Shown piece after piece: positions 49,201 to 61,603 of a stretch of DNA of 64,000 bases. Position numbers and translations under genes: made by a program. Numbering within the stretch: the stretch's first letter is position 1; each line of letters begins with the position of its first letter. Origin of the DNA: Tubiluchus corallicola (Eukaryota; Animalia; Priapulida); assembly GCA_030141605.1 (NCBI GenBank), contig JAQGDQ010000157.1:261266-325265 (forward strand), read 5' to 3'. Below the pieces are notes generated by a model. The model had not been told where the DNA came from, did not search any database, and saw nothing but the letters and a program-made list of their open reading frames with translations.

Positions 49201-50733
49201 ACTAAATAATTACAAATCAGGTACTGTTCTATTCAGGAGAATCTTGACTATCCAATCATGCTATTTATTTAAACATTTATATGTGATTTAATTGTATAAA
49301 GTTAAGAAAAACGTGCTATTTTCAGGCACTCCAACTTAACCTATTATTGAGTAGTTTAGTCTGGTGTACACTTGCATGGTCCTATGCACTAATTTATTGA
49401 TCCTTTGCTTGCTGCAGCCCAAGATGAGCTGTGTTCTGTTGCTATTCCAGGAAAAACCAACCGATCAGTAAAGGGCAAGTTAAGGCGCTCATCTTTTAAC
49501 AGGAATTTTTCCTTAAAAATAGAGTAGACTTGAGGCCAAAGTCAATCAGAGTGTTGTGTGTGAATAATTGAAATTTTCTGCATTAGCTGATTTCACACAA
49601 GTAATACTGTACATTGTTACAGTGCAAACACTGCACATACTGAAAGCTTTTTTAATTTTCTCGCAAAAAATTGATTTTTAATTTGTCTAAGCAAGGTAAG
49701 CAAGTGCATTTCACATGCTTCAATTTTGCATGAAAATCCATTGCGTGAGGAGTAGAAACCTACAAAAATTACGAATAACATAATCGCTGCTTAGTGAGAG
49801 CAGTTTTCCATGAACTCATGTAGAATGCAGCAAGCACTTATAGTTCTGAAAGAGTTAATGCAAAATTTCATCCTCCTACAATAAAAAGCTTTTAAAAATC
49901 TCAACAATAACAACAACTCAAGCATAAATTCATGTCAGTCTGCCGGATCCAAAATTTACAAGCAAATATGCCACGTACGTTTTGCCAGTTTGGAATGAAC
50001 TATAGGATCATTATTATGGACTCGCTATCATTGCTGTTATTAACACTTCTGTCAGGATAATTAGGCAGACTAATCGCAAAAAGGTTTATTTTGGAAATAA
50101 ACAAATAACTTTACATATTGACAAGTATGTTGACATGATGAAACTGCTACACTGTAATGATTAGGTGCTATGCGAGTACACTCATTCAAACTCTATATCA
50201 TTATCTATACCATTATTGAAAATAGTCAACAACACCAGTCCGAGTACCGATCTCTGCGGAACATATACAAGTATGCCAATTTATAGCAAGTATAAGAAAC
50301 AACAAAAGAAGAAAAGGTGCAATCTTGTTGTAGAGATAATGAATAACAAAGACAACCAGAAACTCATTCTAGTGCTACAAAGTAGGTATCTCAATTTAGT
50401 TCATAAAGTTTATTAAAGTAAAATAACTGTATCTGGCAGGCAATTGGAAACTCTCAAGTTCAATATCAGGTCAGATTTTTTTCGTAACTCTTATAATTCT
50501 TGTCATATCAAATACTAGCATCTCATTTTTGGCTACAACCAAACTCCTCTAGCCATTAAAATCACTTAATTACACAGATTTCAGGAAACAAAGTAACTGA
50601 CTTTTACAGTTTCCACGCGGAACTGATCGAAAACATTTTCCTGCTGCAAATAGAACAGCACTGGATCCACATTTAGATCTTGCACAAGGCGGTACAGATG
50701 TTGTTTAATTGCACGTTTGTCCTCATCCTTCAT
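37142..50733 (-). CDS. CARD-containing initiator caspase (caspase-9/caspase-2-like), about 432 aa with distal last exon or about 458 aa with proximal last exon
   Basis: Exons (minus): 50733-50602, 48777-48650 (CARD), 47686-47589, 45626-45554, 44746-44575, 44344-44185 (ILSHG), 42568-42506 (KPKLFIIQACRG), 41173-40925, 39773-39664 (SFRNTAHGSWFIQ), then 39539-39348 or 37255-37142. Boundaries are GT-AG with consistent phases. An in-frame TAG upstream of ATG 50733 supports that start. Confidence 0.9.
37390..37920. mobile_element. hAT-type MITE family H
   Basis: CAGTGGCG...CGCCACTG with near-identical 8-bp TSD (ctcttact/cacttact). Confidence 0.8.
38347..39312. mobile_element. TTAA-flanked MITE family B
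   Basis: ttaactcctttaggac...gtcctgaaggagtaaa. Confidence 0.8.
39348..39539 (-). CDS. caspase alternative terminal exon 10a (proximal)
   Basis: attcag acceptor, phase 0; VGQLVSVRVGKSGALPSRESSLIKELYLNP... then TAA. It could instead end at an internal donor near 39419. Confidence 0.7.
   Translation of the reverse strand: MGQLVSVRVGKSGALPSRESSLIKELYLNPSSCNAKISDNGKIVSTFLNNIVVSSVQVYVKLN
39664..39773 (-). CDS. caspase exon 9
   Basis: HQSFRNTAHGSWFIQSLVEVFMNYAKYYEINKLLTE; GTGAG donor, phase 0. Confidence 0.93.
40925..41173 (-). CDS. caspase exon 8 (inter-subunit linker and start of small subunit)
   Basis: DRVDVGADSGDSAMPS...DVADAMPVLPP...GDFLICRSSMP. Confidence 0.9.
41788..42204. mobile_element. 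MITE family F nested in family E
   Basis: TA TSD and family F TIRs; family E sequence resumes on both sides. Confidence 0.8.
42506..42568 (-). CDS. caspase exon 7 (catalytic Cys)
   Basis: NSAPALSGKPKLFIIQACRG. Confidence 0.95.
42675..43333. mobile_element. Kolobok-like MITE family G
   Basis: TTAA-AGCACAAGAAA...TTTCTTGTCCT-TTAA. Confidence 0.78.
44185..44344 (-). CDS. caspase exon 6 (catalytic His)
   Basis: DCSVVVILSHGKDDSGDAILGVDG. Confidence 0.93.
44575..44746 (-). CDS. caspase exon 5 (start of large subunit)
   Basis: MESEPRGLCLILNNRVF...ERYGTDFD...LFDGLGFKV. Confidence 0.93.
45554..45626 (-). CDS. caspase exon 4
   Basis: PSQFIDVNVQPGIVSRYNPETCY, giving the canonical Y-x-M junction (CYRMESEPRG) with the next exon. 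Confidence 0.8.
46333..46877. mobile_element. MITE family F (with internal duplication)
   Basis: Family F TIRs; the internal segment gattctacattaccgtgagtctaatacacgg occurs twice. Confidence 0.75.
47589..47686 (-). CDS. caspase exon 3 (Pro-rich linker)
   Basis: SPGISNHLGSVRAATGPLDPAEPPKANYLPND; phase 2/1 joins both neighbours. Confidence 0.7.
48650..48777 (-). CDS. caspase exon 2 (CARD helices 4-6)
   Basis: NQRSKLIDLLLRSDDRAFRVFLEALSKSNQGELAEL; GTAAG donor. Confidence 0.88.
49121..49858. mobile_element. TTAA-flanked MITE family B
   Basis: ttaactccttcaggac...tctgaaagagttaa. Confidence 0.8.
50185..50262 (-). mobile_element. LINE reverse-transcriptase fragment
   Basis: Minus strand VPQRSVLGLVLLTIFNNGI, a degenerate GVPQGSVLGPxLFxIYINDI RT motif. 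Confidence 0.55.
50602..50733 (-). CDS. caspase exon 1 (CARD helices 1-3)
   Basis: MKDEDKRAIKQHLYRLVQDLNVDPVLFYLQQENVFDQFRVETVK; acceptor ttttccacag at 50801 implies an upstream UTR exon. Confidence 0.85.
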
Positions 50734-53724
50734 TGCTGCTTTAATTTCAGTGGTTGACGGTGCGATACTCAATATTATACAGATCTATACAGTTCTGTAC
50801 CTGTGGAAAAATAAGCAAAGTATATTAGTATTAAACTTTGTTTCTACAAGACATTTTGTATTAATACAAGCGGTGTCTTATGTTTCATAAAGACGGGCTG
50901 ACCTGTTTATAAACGCTTATGTTTTGCATTGTTTCAAAATTGCTTTCACGATCCAGAAATTAGTGCGATGTGGCTTCCACATAAAGCCTTCATGTGTAGA
51001 CATTAACGAAAATAGGTGAAATAACAAAAGTTACATACAAGTCTAAGGATGCACCACTTTGCTTTTTAATCAAAACATATTTGCACACATGAATGCAGTA
51101 CAGATATAGCATACACATAAAGAAACCGCCATATAGCAAACAGCCTTCAGTATATGGCTTCAGTCCAGCACACGCACATGTGTGTTGGATTTAGCCAACT
51201 GAATTTTGACTTATTTTCTAAGGGCTGTGTGCATAGTGATGGGTCACGTGTCTTACCAGATTGCAAGTGTGGCTTCCTTTTTGAGACACATTAACGTTTA
51301 ATATTAAAATGATCTCTTTTTAGCCTAGCTAGATCACTGATGCTTGTCAAAATCAAGGAAATATTAGCCTCTGATAGTATCAGTTTTAGGAATTGTCAGA
51401 TAACGATATTACAAATCTTCTTCTTCATAGGAATGCAAGCTTAAGCTAAGAAATGAATTGTTTAATGTTTCAGTGTATTCAAGATTTTATACATATTTGC
51501 AAAAAGCGTTTTTGATAGTTTTTAATTAAGCTTCTGAGACAATGTTTTTACTTTTTAATTAATGATTTTTTTCACATTGTATATGCTGCATATACAATAT
51601 TGTGACCCTAGTTGGTATTATGCAGTAATGTTTTATTATTTTCAATATTATGGTATTATAAGCCTACTAATTCATGGTAACTTCAAATGTAAATCTTGCA
51701 CGTTATTTTTGTACTGTATATTGGGGAGAATGTCTGTAATCAGTTTTAATGAACTGTTTGATTCAAGCCAAATAAGACTATATTTAAAAAAAAAAGAAAA
51801 TGTCGTGTAATAATTTTTGATACAGAAAGAATAAAAACGTAACACAAGTCTGTCAACTCTCACGTATTAGGTGTCACACGCATTTTAAATCTTTCACACG
51901 AGCACACGCATCAAAAATTTAATTTCAGCTCTCACGCATCCACAACTTCATACAAATTTGCAACATCACCTGGCTTCCTTTACCACTAGTACCAACCACA
52001 ACACAAGCAGTAGGATACTCTTAACAGTACAGTAGCATTCATGAGTCTTATGATGTACATATCACACTAAATGTTATCAAAATTGAAAATTAAGCATTTT
52101 TCGGACTTCGGTGCTCTTGAGCTTTCCAAGTTTATAAAAGGATGAGACAAATTGGACAGTAATTATGGGAATGCAAGAATATAAATCATTTGCTTTGTAG
52201 AAGTCGAAGAATCTAATAAAACAAATTTAATAACCCTGATTTAAGCACCCACCGTGTATGATAAATCTAATGATGGTAGATATTGTGGAACTGTCAGAAC
52301 AAGGAAAAAGTAAGGTAACATCACACAGTAATATTCGGATATTATTCTGGGTGAGTGCATTTAAAAGAGAAATGTACTGGATGTGTCAGTAAAGTGGGCA
52401 GTAGAGCAGAAAGTAGTTGGGATCTTCATTGGGAGTACCACAATAGCACTATTGAGAAGGGGCAACAAAATTAGAATACAGAATGTGTGCTTTCAGTAAA
52501 ACTGCAATTCATTCTCATCCATGCTTTGTGAACTTACCTAATATCAGCAGCAAGTTGAGGTGGTGACTTAGTAACTTTAAACTCATCTAAGTTGTCTGGT
52601 TTACCTTTAAACTGAGTGAGCTAGGGGCATTTCTGACCTCAAAGAACAAATTGTTCCAAGTTAAGGTTAATGAACTTATAAAAGAACTGCAACCCACAGT
52701 AATATTGTGATATTCATTGTAACATTGATCGCTATTACGAAATGTATGATTCCCTGTGATTGTTCCTACTGTGGGTGGTAACAGATTTAAATATTAAGGG
52801 GCAAGACCATTGGACATTTTAAATAGTTGTATAAGTTTGTGTAGCATAAGTTTGTGTAGCATAATGGAAGCAAGCCCAACTCACTGTATAAATGATAAGG
52901 CTGATATCGATTATTATTAGGATACCGTGGATACACACGATCCCCCTCACCAAAACGGAGAGCAAACTGACATCAATAAAAAGTGCCAGTTTGCAAGATA
53001 AGAAATATGCAAGATTGGGGCTGTCACGTTTACACACATAAAAAAGGAAACCTTTAGTTGTCACTCTATATTACAACAACTAATTAATGAACGTTTACTT
53101 ATTTTTGTAAACGATAAACGGTTGCCATTACCTTCTGAAGTGACCAAATAACACACAGCTAATTATTTGGTAAGTCCACTATACTGTTTCAAAAGTTTTG
53201 ATAATTTTGTTATCGTCAATACCAAAAATCTTCACGAATCCTCACAGTGCGCCAAAGTGTGAAAAGAAGTAATACATTTGTTCGTATTTTGTTTTTGCGA
53301 TTAGCGGCTACGCTGGCGGCATCAAACAGCGGATGATTAAAACATTTCGAGCGGCCCATTGACTGTAATAATTAAGTTCACCAATAATGTTGGCATACGC
53401 GCAATTCGAGAAGCCAAAGTCACTTTTGCGTTTTTATAGAAGAAGAATATTTTAATTATAAGCAATTATTAGTTCAAAAAAGCTGAAAATATTTCATGAA
53501 AAGGAAAAAACTGTAGCAATAAATTTGTATTATGTTTTTGCAAATACTTCTTGTAAGTAAAATTTTATTGTTCTTCCTGAAGAAAGAGGCTAGCTGACTG
53601 CATGATGGGCTGCCTACTATGTAAAAAAGTAATGCATTTTTTATTGATTTATTGATTTTTCTCTCCCTCCCTTTCTTAGAGAGAAAGAGACAGTGGGAGA
53701 GAAAGACAAACAGTGAAAGGGAGG

Positions 53725-53725
<1 letters not shown>

Positions 53726-53819
<94 letters not shown>
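53726..53819. repeat. (GA)n microsatellite
   Basis: Seen directly. Confidence 0.95.
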
Positions 53820-53821
<2 letters not shown>

Positions 53822-54132
53822 TGGAGGGAGAGAGACAGAGACAGATCCTTCTTTTCATTTTGTTGAAGGTTCTGCCATTTGTATCTTGGTCGTTTTACTC
53901 CAATGCGAGGTAGCAGATTTAGCACATTAAAAATTGCACCCATTTACGTGCCCTGCAATTAATCTACATAATTACACATATATTATATTGTATGTTTGTA
54001 TATAAATAATGCGCACACGTACGCATGCACACAACAAGTAATTGCATACAGTGCTTCATATATAAATAATCAATACAGCAGTAGAGATGAGTAGGACTGA
54101 ACTGCCAGCTTAGGGTATCTTAATACACCCAT

Positions 54133-54133
<1 letters not shown>

Positions 54134-54180
<47 letters not shown>
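54134..54180. repeat. (CA)n microsatellite
   Basis: Seen directly. Confidence 0.95.
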
Positions 54181-54182
<2 letters not shown>

Positions 54183-54493
54183 ATATACATGTATGATGTA
54201 TGCATTATTACATACAAAGATTCCATGAAGCTGGGCCTATATATTTAACTACATAAAATGATTGCCCTTAGCACCTAGGCCTGTATAAAATCAATTAATT
54301 TAAGCCCATCAATAAATAATAATATTTATCAAGACTTGTCTGTGGATTTAGCCATAGGCGTTTTATTAATACGCTTATACAAGTACGTTTTTTACACGTA
54401 AACAAACTGTATTTAAAGCACATTTATTTTCTTAAAATGAATCTTAAAAAAATTAGGCTAAATATAAGTGACGTCTACACATGATATATAAGA

Positions 54494-54735
54494 TGTTATG
54501 ACCCGCGTGCAGATTCTAATTTATGCGCCAGGTTGGCTTCTGGCTTGAATTCTGTAACTTGATTTTGACCTGGTTAGTCGGTTGTTATAGAGGTGGAAGT
54601 AATGTCCGTTGCTCAAGATGAGAGCTCAGATGTTTTGATTTTTATTTTTTGTTTACTGACAATAAAAAGGACGAATGTCTCAAATGCATCTCCGTTTGTT
54701 CAACGTGATTTTATAACTAACTCCAACTCATAACA
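54494..54735. mobile_element. Solo-LTR-like repeat (TG...CA)
   Basis: Homologous to 9183-9423 with the same tgttatga/tcataaca ends. Confidence 0.55.
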
Positions 54736-55849
54736 ACGTATGATTATATGCTCTTTAAACATCTTTTAACTTGAAATTAACAAAACATGCAGATGCTTAG
54801 ATTAAGTTTTGCTCTGGAAAAATTATCTGCTCTTCTGAAAAAAATCGATTTTTTTCTGTGAAAGGTATTTTACATGAAAGCCAGGCCTAATATTTCTTCA
54901 AGTTATATTTCCTGATAAGAACATATTAAATAGGAATGTTTTTTTAGAAATTTGTAAACTTGTGTTTGCAAACTTTCTTTATGATCAACATTCTTAACTT
55001 CTTTTGTAAATAAGCCTATTAATTTTTATGAGATATGATTATAATAATTTTTATTTTAACTACAAATTATTCTTAACGCCTTATGCTTGCTTTAAATAAT
55101 ATTCAAAAAGATAACAGCTGCTATAAATCGCCAAAGAGAGATGTAGGCCTTGCAGTCTTTGCTTAGCGTACAAAATATTTAACTAGTAACAAAAGTTTCA
55201 AAACTGTGTTATAATTAACATTTTATTATAATTACCTGGCTGCATCCTTGCGAAATTTAAAAAGATATCTTTTTGTGTTTTTGCAACTCACTGCTGAGCA
55301 ATTTATGAGCGCCTGTTAACCGGGCTGGTTTTGATGGTCTCATCAATTCATCTGCTACAGTACCCACAGCCTGCGCTGTTGCGTACCTGACAACAACAGG
55401 CCGTACTGAATAGCCGCTAGGGCGACACTAACTGCGCGAACTACTGCGCAGAAGTATTCCCTACTTTATTGTGTATACTTTGTTATTTGCAATGCGCTAA
55501 CCTTTTTCAAAGATTTCTAGCTGCTACGATCAGTTATCAAACTTATCATGAAAATTATAGGAATTGACTGCTTTCGCAATCAATGTGTACAATAGATGGA
55601 GAAAGATTTTTATAATGATTGCTTTAGCAGATGTTTATCACTATGTTTAAATTTACTAAGTGATTAGTATGCTTCGACCACAAGAAACTGGAAGGATAAT
55701 TATCTTTGTGAGATAGATAACTGTGGTAATGTGATAAAAACCCGTTGCACTTTACCGACGTACAACGGTATATTGTTGCTTTTGGTCACATTGACGATGA
55801 AGTGAAAATATTTTCATAAACGTCATGTAAAAGCAAGCAACAGGAAGAA

Positions 55850-56881
55850 ATGAATTTTAGTACTCTTTTTCAAGATTTTAACGCGAGCAAATTTTTGGTT
55901 TTTTGCTGTCTGTTAGTATTTTCTGTTTTACTTTCGTTAAAGTTTGATGGATTTGTTACTTGGAGTTACTGGAACATATTCTTGCCACTTTGGTTTTGGA
56001 AATTCATGGCAGTGTGTGGTGCATCAGTTGGTAGTTACATTTGGTGGCGCAATCCGCAATACAGAGTTGAAGGAGGTTTTACTGAGTACAAAGCCATGAT
56101 GATAAGTGTAGCACTACATTTACTTCTGCTTTCGTTTGAGATGCTTGTATGTGACAAATTAGAAAATGGGCACAATCCGTGGACACTTATCTTCATCCCT
56201 CTTGTATTTTTGTCTCTTTTTGCTATAGCCGCCAGTATTTGGTCATTTCGACATGATCGAACTTTTGAGTTAGAGCTGTTTTGCGCCGTGAATATGCTGC
56301 AATTTATATTCATTGCACTAAGACTAGACAACATTATTATATGGAGCTGGGTAGTAGTGTTGATACCTACATGGATTGTAATGTGCGTAGCTTTAATAGG
56401 AGTCCTCTACGCTGTCATACTTGCAATAATTTTGCTCAGATCTCCGCACATAGTTCCAGAGCAACGTCAAGGCAATGTATATTCTGCAATTGCGTACACA
56501 CTAATTGTCATTCCTCTGCTTTGCTGGTTGATAATGTTAACTAACAAGCTAGATTATCTTCATAGCAGAAAACCTTTCATTCTTATCTGTCTGCCGTTGT
56601 ATATATCCTTGCTCACGTTAATCATCATATGCTTTGGTTCAAAAGGTGGAAACCGGTGGTGGTTTGGTATACGTAAAGACTTCTGCCATTTTCTGCTGGG
56701 AGTTTGTCCACCATTGCAGGAATATGGCAACATATCATACACAATGCAGAGTGATAGCGCTGAAGAATCGTCACCCAACAGTAGCAACAGAGATGTTCGT
56801 AAATCAGGTAGCTCCAGTTCAAGCAAAGGGCTAATAGACTGTGAATTCCGGCCAGTTGTATCTATAGAAACTCCAGATTAG
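55850..56881 (+). CDS. TMEM185: Transmembrane protein 185 (FAM11/Ee3 family), 343 aa, single coding exon
   Basis: Family hallmarks recognised along the whole ORF: LFQDFNxSKFL, RNPQYR, FRHDRxxELExxCxVNxLQFIFIALRLD, KGGNxWWFGIRKDFC, EYGNISY, C-terminal IExPD. Multiple TM segments. AATAAA at 56902. Confidence 0.95.
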   Translation: MNFSTLFQDFNASKFLVFCCLLVFSVLLSLKFDGFVTWSYWNIFLPLWFWKFMAVCGASVGSYIWWRNPQYRVEGGFTEYKAMMISVALHLLLLSFEMLVCDKLENGHNPWTLIFIPLVFLSLFAIAASIWSFRHDRTFELELFCAVNMLQFIFIALRLDNIIIWSWVVVLIPTWIVMCVALIGVLYAVILAIILLRSPHIVPEQRQGNVYSAIAYTLIVIPLLCWLIMLTNKLDYLHSRKPFILICLPLYISLLTLIIICFGSKGGNRWWFGIRKDFCHFLLGVCPPLQEYGNISYTMQSDSAEESSPNSSNRDVRKSGSSSSSKGLIDCEFRPVVSIETPD

Positions 56882-58532
56882 ACACACGTTCAAGTAATGC
56901 CAATAAAAGTCTGTACTTGATAACATGGTGGTCCATAGGTAGTTTTACGTTCTTACCTGGCAGTGTAGCAAAAGTTTATGAAAGAGTCCATTGTTCGTAA
57001 AAAAACTGTAATTATAAATTAGTATATGCACAGTTACAATAGTGAGGTATGTAATTATTGTTATGAGGAGCCGTTCCCTGCCACATTGAACAGATCAGTT
57101 TGTGTGGTACGGCTGCTAAATTGTCTAATTTTGCTTGATTTCAGAATAGTAGGTTTGTTGTAATGCAATTGCACTGTGTGTGTGTGTGTGCGTGCGTGCG
57201 TGTGTGACAATACTCTTTATGTTTATATTGCATAATATCTATGTACATTTCAGTTGTATCTTATTTAATTTGTTTAATGAGATAATACTTAAATATTGTC
57301 GATGGTAGTGACCTGCTGTTCTGTTTTAATTCTAATTCTTATTTTATAATTGGACAATTTGTAGATTTTTTGCCTTATATTGATGCAAGTCTCCGTTTTA
57401 TGAAAAAAAGCCCCTGACAAGCTCAGTTATGTGATTTGGAGTTGCTGAATTCATTAGTGTTTTCTAGCACAGGCACAAAAATTATATTTGTATTATGTAC
57501 AGTATTAAATTTTTATATACGTTGGTGCCCTATACTTGCCATTATTTAAATGATCATCGGATAGGATCATTTGATTCTGACGAAATGAAGTTAACGTTCA
57601 GATCATGCGAATGTTTTTTGTTTAAATTATCAATTGTTAATTGTTTGTTCTCTGATTATGATTATTATTGATTTTTTTAAATATGTTGTCTGTCATACTT
57701 TTTGTTGATAACAAGTATCAATATTATTTTGATCAAAAAATAAAATTAAAAAATAATAAATGAAAGAAGGTTGTTTGCTGCTTAGTTGTAATTTAAAACT
57801 GGAAGGCAACTTTTTGCTTGCTTAATGCAATCAGTTCTTTCTGAATCTGTAAAAACCTGCTGTCTGTCTGTTAGTTTGGCTATCCTCGACAAGTAAAACC
57901 TATTTGTTTTTGGGGTTCTTGCATTCTTTAAAATGACAGCAGTAATCTGTAATATTTAAAAAATGTAGCATGTTGGAGACCAAGCGTGTGTCCTTATTCT
58001 AGTATGTTACTCATCTTTCATGTCATTGTTGATGATCTGTCTCTAAGTACTTTTTTTCTCAGTACTTTTACTCCATCAACTGACAGTCTTCTGACTATTA
58101 AGTTACCGTCATTACTGTACATAGTTGCTGTCTGAGACATACATGTAGCTAGAATAATTTTTGGTTATTCTTGTGAGGCACTTGAGTCTATCGGTTCCTG
58201 AGCCTAACACTAGAAGTGAGCATTGAATGTTCGATCCTAAATGGTTTTTTTAACTTGAATTCCATTTGAATGTAAAATTATAAATTCAAATAATTCACAG
58301 CTTCCACTACATAATTACATTCTTTATCTTTGAAAAGTTTGAAACATCATGAAATCAGCATAATTTTAGCTGTGATTTCGGTGCACTTTTAAACAAATAT
58401 TAGTTCTTTTACTGCAGAACAAAGTCAAGCATACAATATACATGACCTTGCAAGACTACCTTTTTTAGAGAGTGTTATTTCTATGATGGCTAATTTTGTG
58501 GCATTATTCGAATAAATCATTGTCTTCCATGT

Positions 58533-59125
58533 TAAAGAAAAAACCGGACCCGATGTTTATAGGTCAAAGCAACCCACTCTTTAAAATTCTGAAATGAAAC
58601 ATACTATTTTTTAAAGAATGACTTACGTAAAAGAATAATGGCCACACAAATGTGTTCGCACCATTAGTTCTTTGCTGTTACATGCATTTTGCCATTCACT
58701 AGTTAGACGGGCACTAGTGCCCGCATTTCGGAAAGCGTTGCACAAAAAAACTGGTGCTATGCCTCTCAGTTCAGATGTGTTAGTTTGTGATGAACTGCAC
58801 ACATTTAATGGCTCATGCGTGAGTGTAGCAGTAAATTTGAAAGTTGAATTTTTATCTTAAAACTTGCAGAGTTTTAGTACAACACACTGAATAGCTTACA
58901 TAGCACAGTACTTCAATTTTCACTCGCAAACACGTTGGAATGTTTTTGCTGTTGAAAATTATGTCAGTTTGTGATGCCATCACTAGTTGGGCTCACCTGC
59001 CATTAATTAAGATTTTAATCTATTATTTAATTACCAGAAACTCCTTTGCAGTGTTATTGGTGTTAAAATGTATACTGCTTGCCGTACTTGAAAATGAGTA
59101 GTATATGAAAAATCATCCTGTCATT
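58533..59125. mobile_element. Kolobok-like MITE family E
   Basis: Inverted homologue of 30461-31100. Confidence 0.75.
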
Positions 59126-59929
59126 AATATGTAATCATCGATATTAAGATGTATTAATTTTGCTCTCTGTATAAAGCGATAGTAGTACTGTATATACACT
59201 ATGCAGTGACATTTAGTTCCCAGTTTTTTGTTCTTGTCTGCTGCTGCAAGAAGATTATAGCCACTGAAAGTGTTGCAGACTTCAAAAATGGAGAAGACAA
59301 TAGCACATAGCAACTGCATAACTATCCACTACCCAGGATAGGATTACCGTAGATTACCATAGATTGACATGGTGAAGCCTATAATATTATGTAGGCTTTT
59401 TGCCCATAGTTTTCTCTCTCGTTGAGTTCTGTTAATCGTTTTATCTTGTTTTCTTTTTTGCATTTTTAATATATAGTTATATTTCCTCACAAAAGTTGTC
59501 TCTCTAGTAGTAGTGGAAGTGCCGCCTAGTGGCAGTTGTCATGGTATGGTGAGGAAGCAATTCGGCCAGTGACTGGTATGGTGGAACAGTCAGTATAGTG
59601 ATGGTTATTGAAATGTTTGAATTGTTAATTGCAGCAGGGTGTATTTTAAAAGACATTTAGAGTCCACTCGGGCTGGAGTGGATCATGGAACTTCATTGGA
59701 TGGTCTGCCCAGTAGGCAATAATAAGTTCAGTTTTGGTGATACTGATGCCAATGAGGAACTTTTTCGTTATTCATTATAGCATCTGCACTGAAGAATGAT
59801 AATCATGGTGCCAGTAAACTGACGCATAATGAACGGTACACAACAAAAATGAGCGAATCCTAACAAGATTACATACTCTCTCTGTACATGGCAACATTAA
59901 TTACCACCAAGGCACTGATGTGTGTCCTT

Positions 59930-60440
59930 TGTTAAAAAGCAAACAAAATTTTGGGGATGATAAAGCAGCACATAGTTTCTAGAAATAAAGAAGTTATATT
60001 GAAATTATACATTGGTTTGGTTAGACCTCATCTAGAATTTTATATGCAGTTTGGAATCCCCATAATCAGAAAGATATATTGCTTATGGAACATGTACGAA
60101 GGCGTGCTACAAGAATAATATTCGGTTGTAAAAATCTGATATATTTGGAAAGATTGTTAACATTGGAGTTTGACCACGCTTGAGTAAAGAAGACACCTTG
60201 CAGATCATATTAAAGTTTATAAAATACTAACTAAGAAAGAAAACATTTTGCCCGCAAAAATCTTTAATTTAGTTGTTGATTCTAAAACTAGAGAACATAC
60301 TTTAAAACTATTTAAAGAGCGGTTACATCTTGATATTCATAAATATTCATTTTTCTGTGAGAGTTGTGAATGAATGGAATAATCTGCTTGCCGAATCAGC
60401 CATAGTGCAGTTTAAATCCTTAATCGACAATTATTTTGCG
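59930..60440 (+). mobile_element. CR1/L2-group LINE 3' fragment
   Basis: KKANKILGMIKQHIVSRNKEVILKLYIGLVRPHLEF...EHVRRRATR...RVVNEWNNL, with frameshifts. Confidence 0.8.
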
Positions 60441-60984
60441 GAAACCTACAGGGTTTCTATGAGTGTACTCGCTTAATCCCTAAGTATGACAGAATAACAG
60501 TATAAGTCTTATCGATTCCGGCATTTCAGCTGCGCCGGCTTCTTAAGATAGTGGTCGTGGTGGTCATCATTATTCTTAGTACTCAAGCAACACTGTCTTA
60601 ATGTCCGCCTCCTGTAAAAATGTGATACCATGACGTTTGAGATTAGAAATTTCCTTTCGTTCTACATCTGTTAAGTCGTGTAATTTATTATGTATGCCAG
60701 GTTTTTGTACTTTTGTCATTATGTATGCTAGAGTTTCACTGTACTTTAGTGTTTCATGTAATTTTGAATTTCAGTGGTTTACTATTTCAGTTTTGCCAAC
60801 TTCAGGGAATACGAATAGATTTTGAGTGATGATGTATCGCAAGCGGTTGGGGTAGATATGAATGGGTGCCATCAACAGATGGAGCATACCACGTTTTAGA
60901 ACTTAAAACCGCGTAAATAATGATGATGAATTTTAACATCAGAGTAATTTTTATAATACATTTTTTCTGCTCTGTACAGCGTTA

Positions 60985-61603
60985 CATTGGCGTAGTGTGG
61001 GGTGTGCGGACCAAACAGGGCGGCTAATACTTTCTGTTAATATTAGGCCAACAACACAAATACTTCTGTTTTTTAATCGCCAGGGTAAATTAATTTTTAT
61101 CGCACACCTGGCCGGAAATTTTATAGTTTTTTTCGTTCATATTCTTAGCTAGTCATATAAAAGCATATTTTGATTAAAACATGAAACTCAATAATTACTA
61201 TAAGTATAACATTGCTGTTGCGGCTGGCGAGGGCACAGCCGTGTTTCTCTACAGCTGACTCTCAAACTGTCAGCATGGCTAGATGCGAGGGTAGTTTTCT
61301 AAGCTGAAATTAATAAAGAATTACCTTCGCGCAGCTGTGAGCAATCATCGACTCACTAACGTAGTGATTCTTTCTATTGAAAGAGAATATACTAAATCAC
61401 TTGATGTTGAAGAGATCATAAAGGACTTTGCAATTCGAAAAGTCAGAAAGATAAACATCTAGTTGTTCAGTGTTTTTCTTATTTTCGTCAAGAAATACCT
61501 TAGTCTTTATAAGAATAAATGTGTCTTTGTAGTGGTCAAAGGTGTTTTACGTTTAAGGAAGGGGCCAATTTGGCTACCAGGGTGGCCAAACCTCTCACCA
61601 CTG
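60985..61603 (+). mobile_element. Internally deleted hAT transposon with transposase C-terminal (dimerisation domain) remnant
   Basis: ca(t)tggcg...ccactg ends; 61285-61462 translates as CEGSF/SKLKLIKNYLRAAVSNHRLTNVVILSIEREYTKSLDVEEIIKDFAIRKVRK; related inverted fragment at ~45230-45430. Confidence 0.75.

Noticed and set aside
52020-52800. Possible degraded retroelement coding region
   Set aside because: The composition is suggestive, but I could not read a diagnostic motif.
53641-53943. ER- and LS-repeat ORFs
   Set aside because: Produced by the (GA)n microsatellite.
56035-56834. Overlapping antisense and alternate-frame ORFs in TMEM185
   Set aside because: Shadow frames of a real CDS with no independent features.
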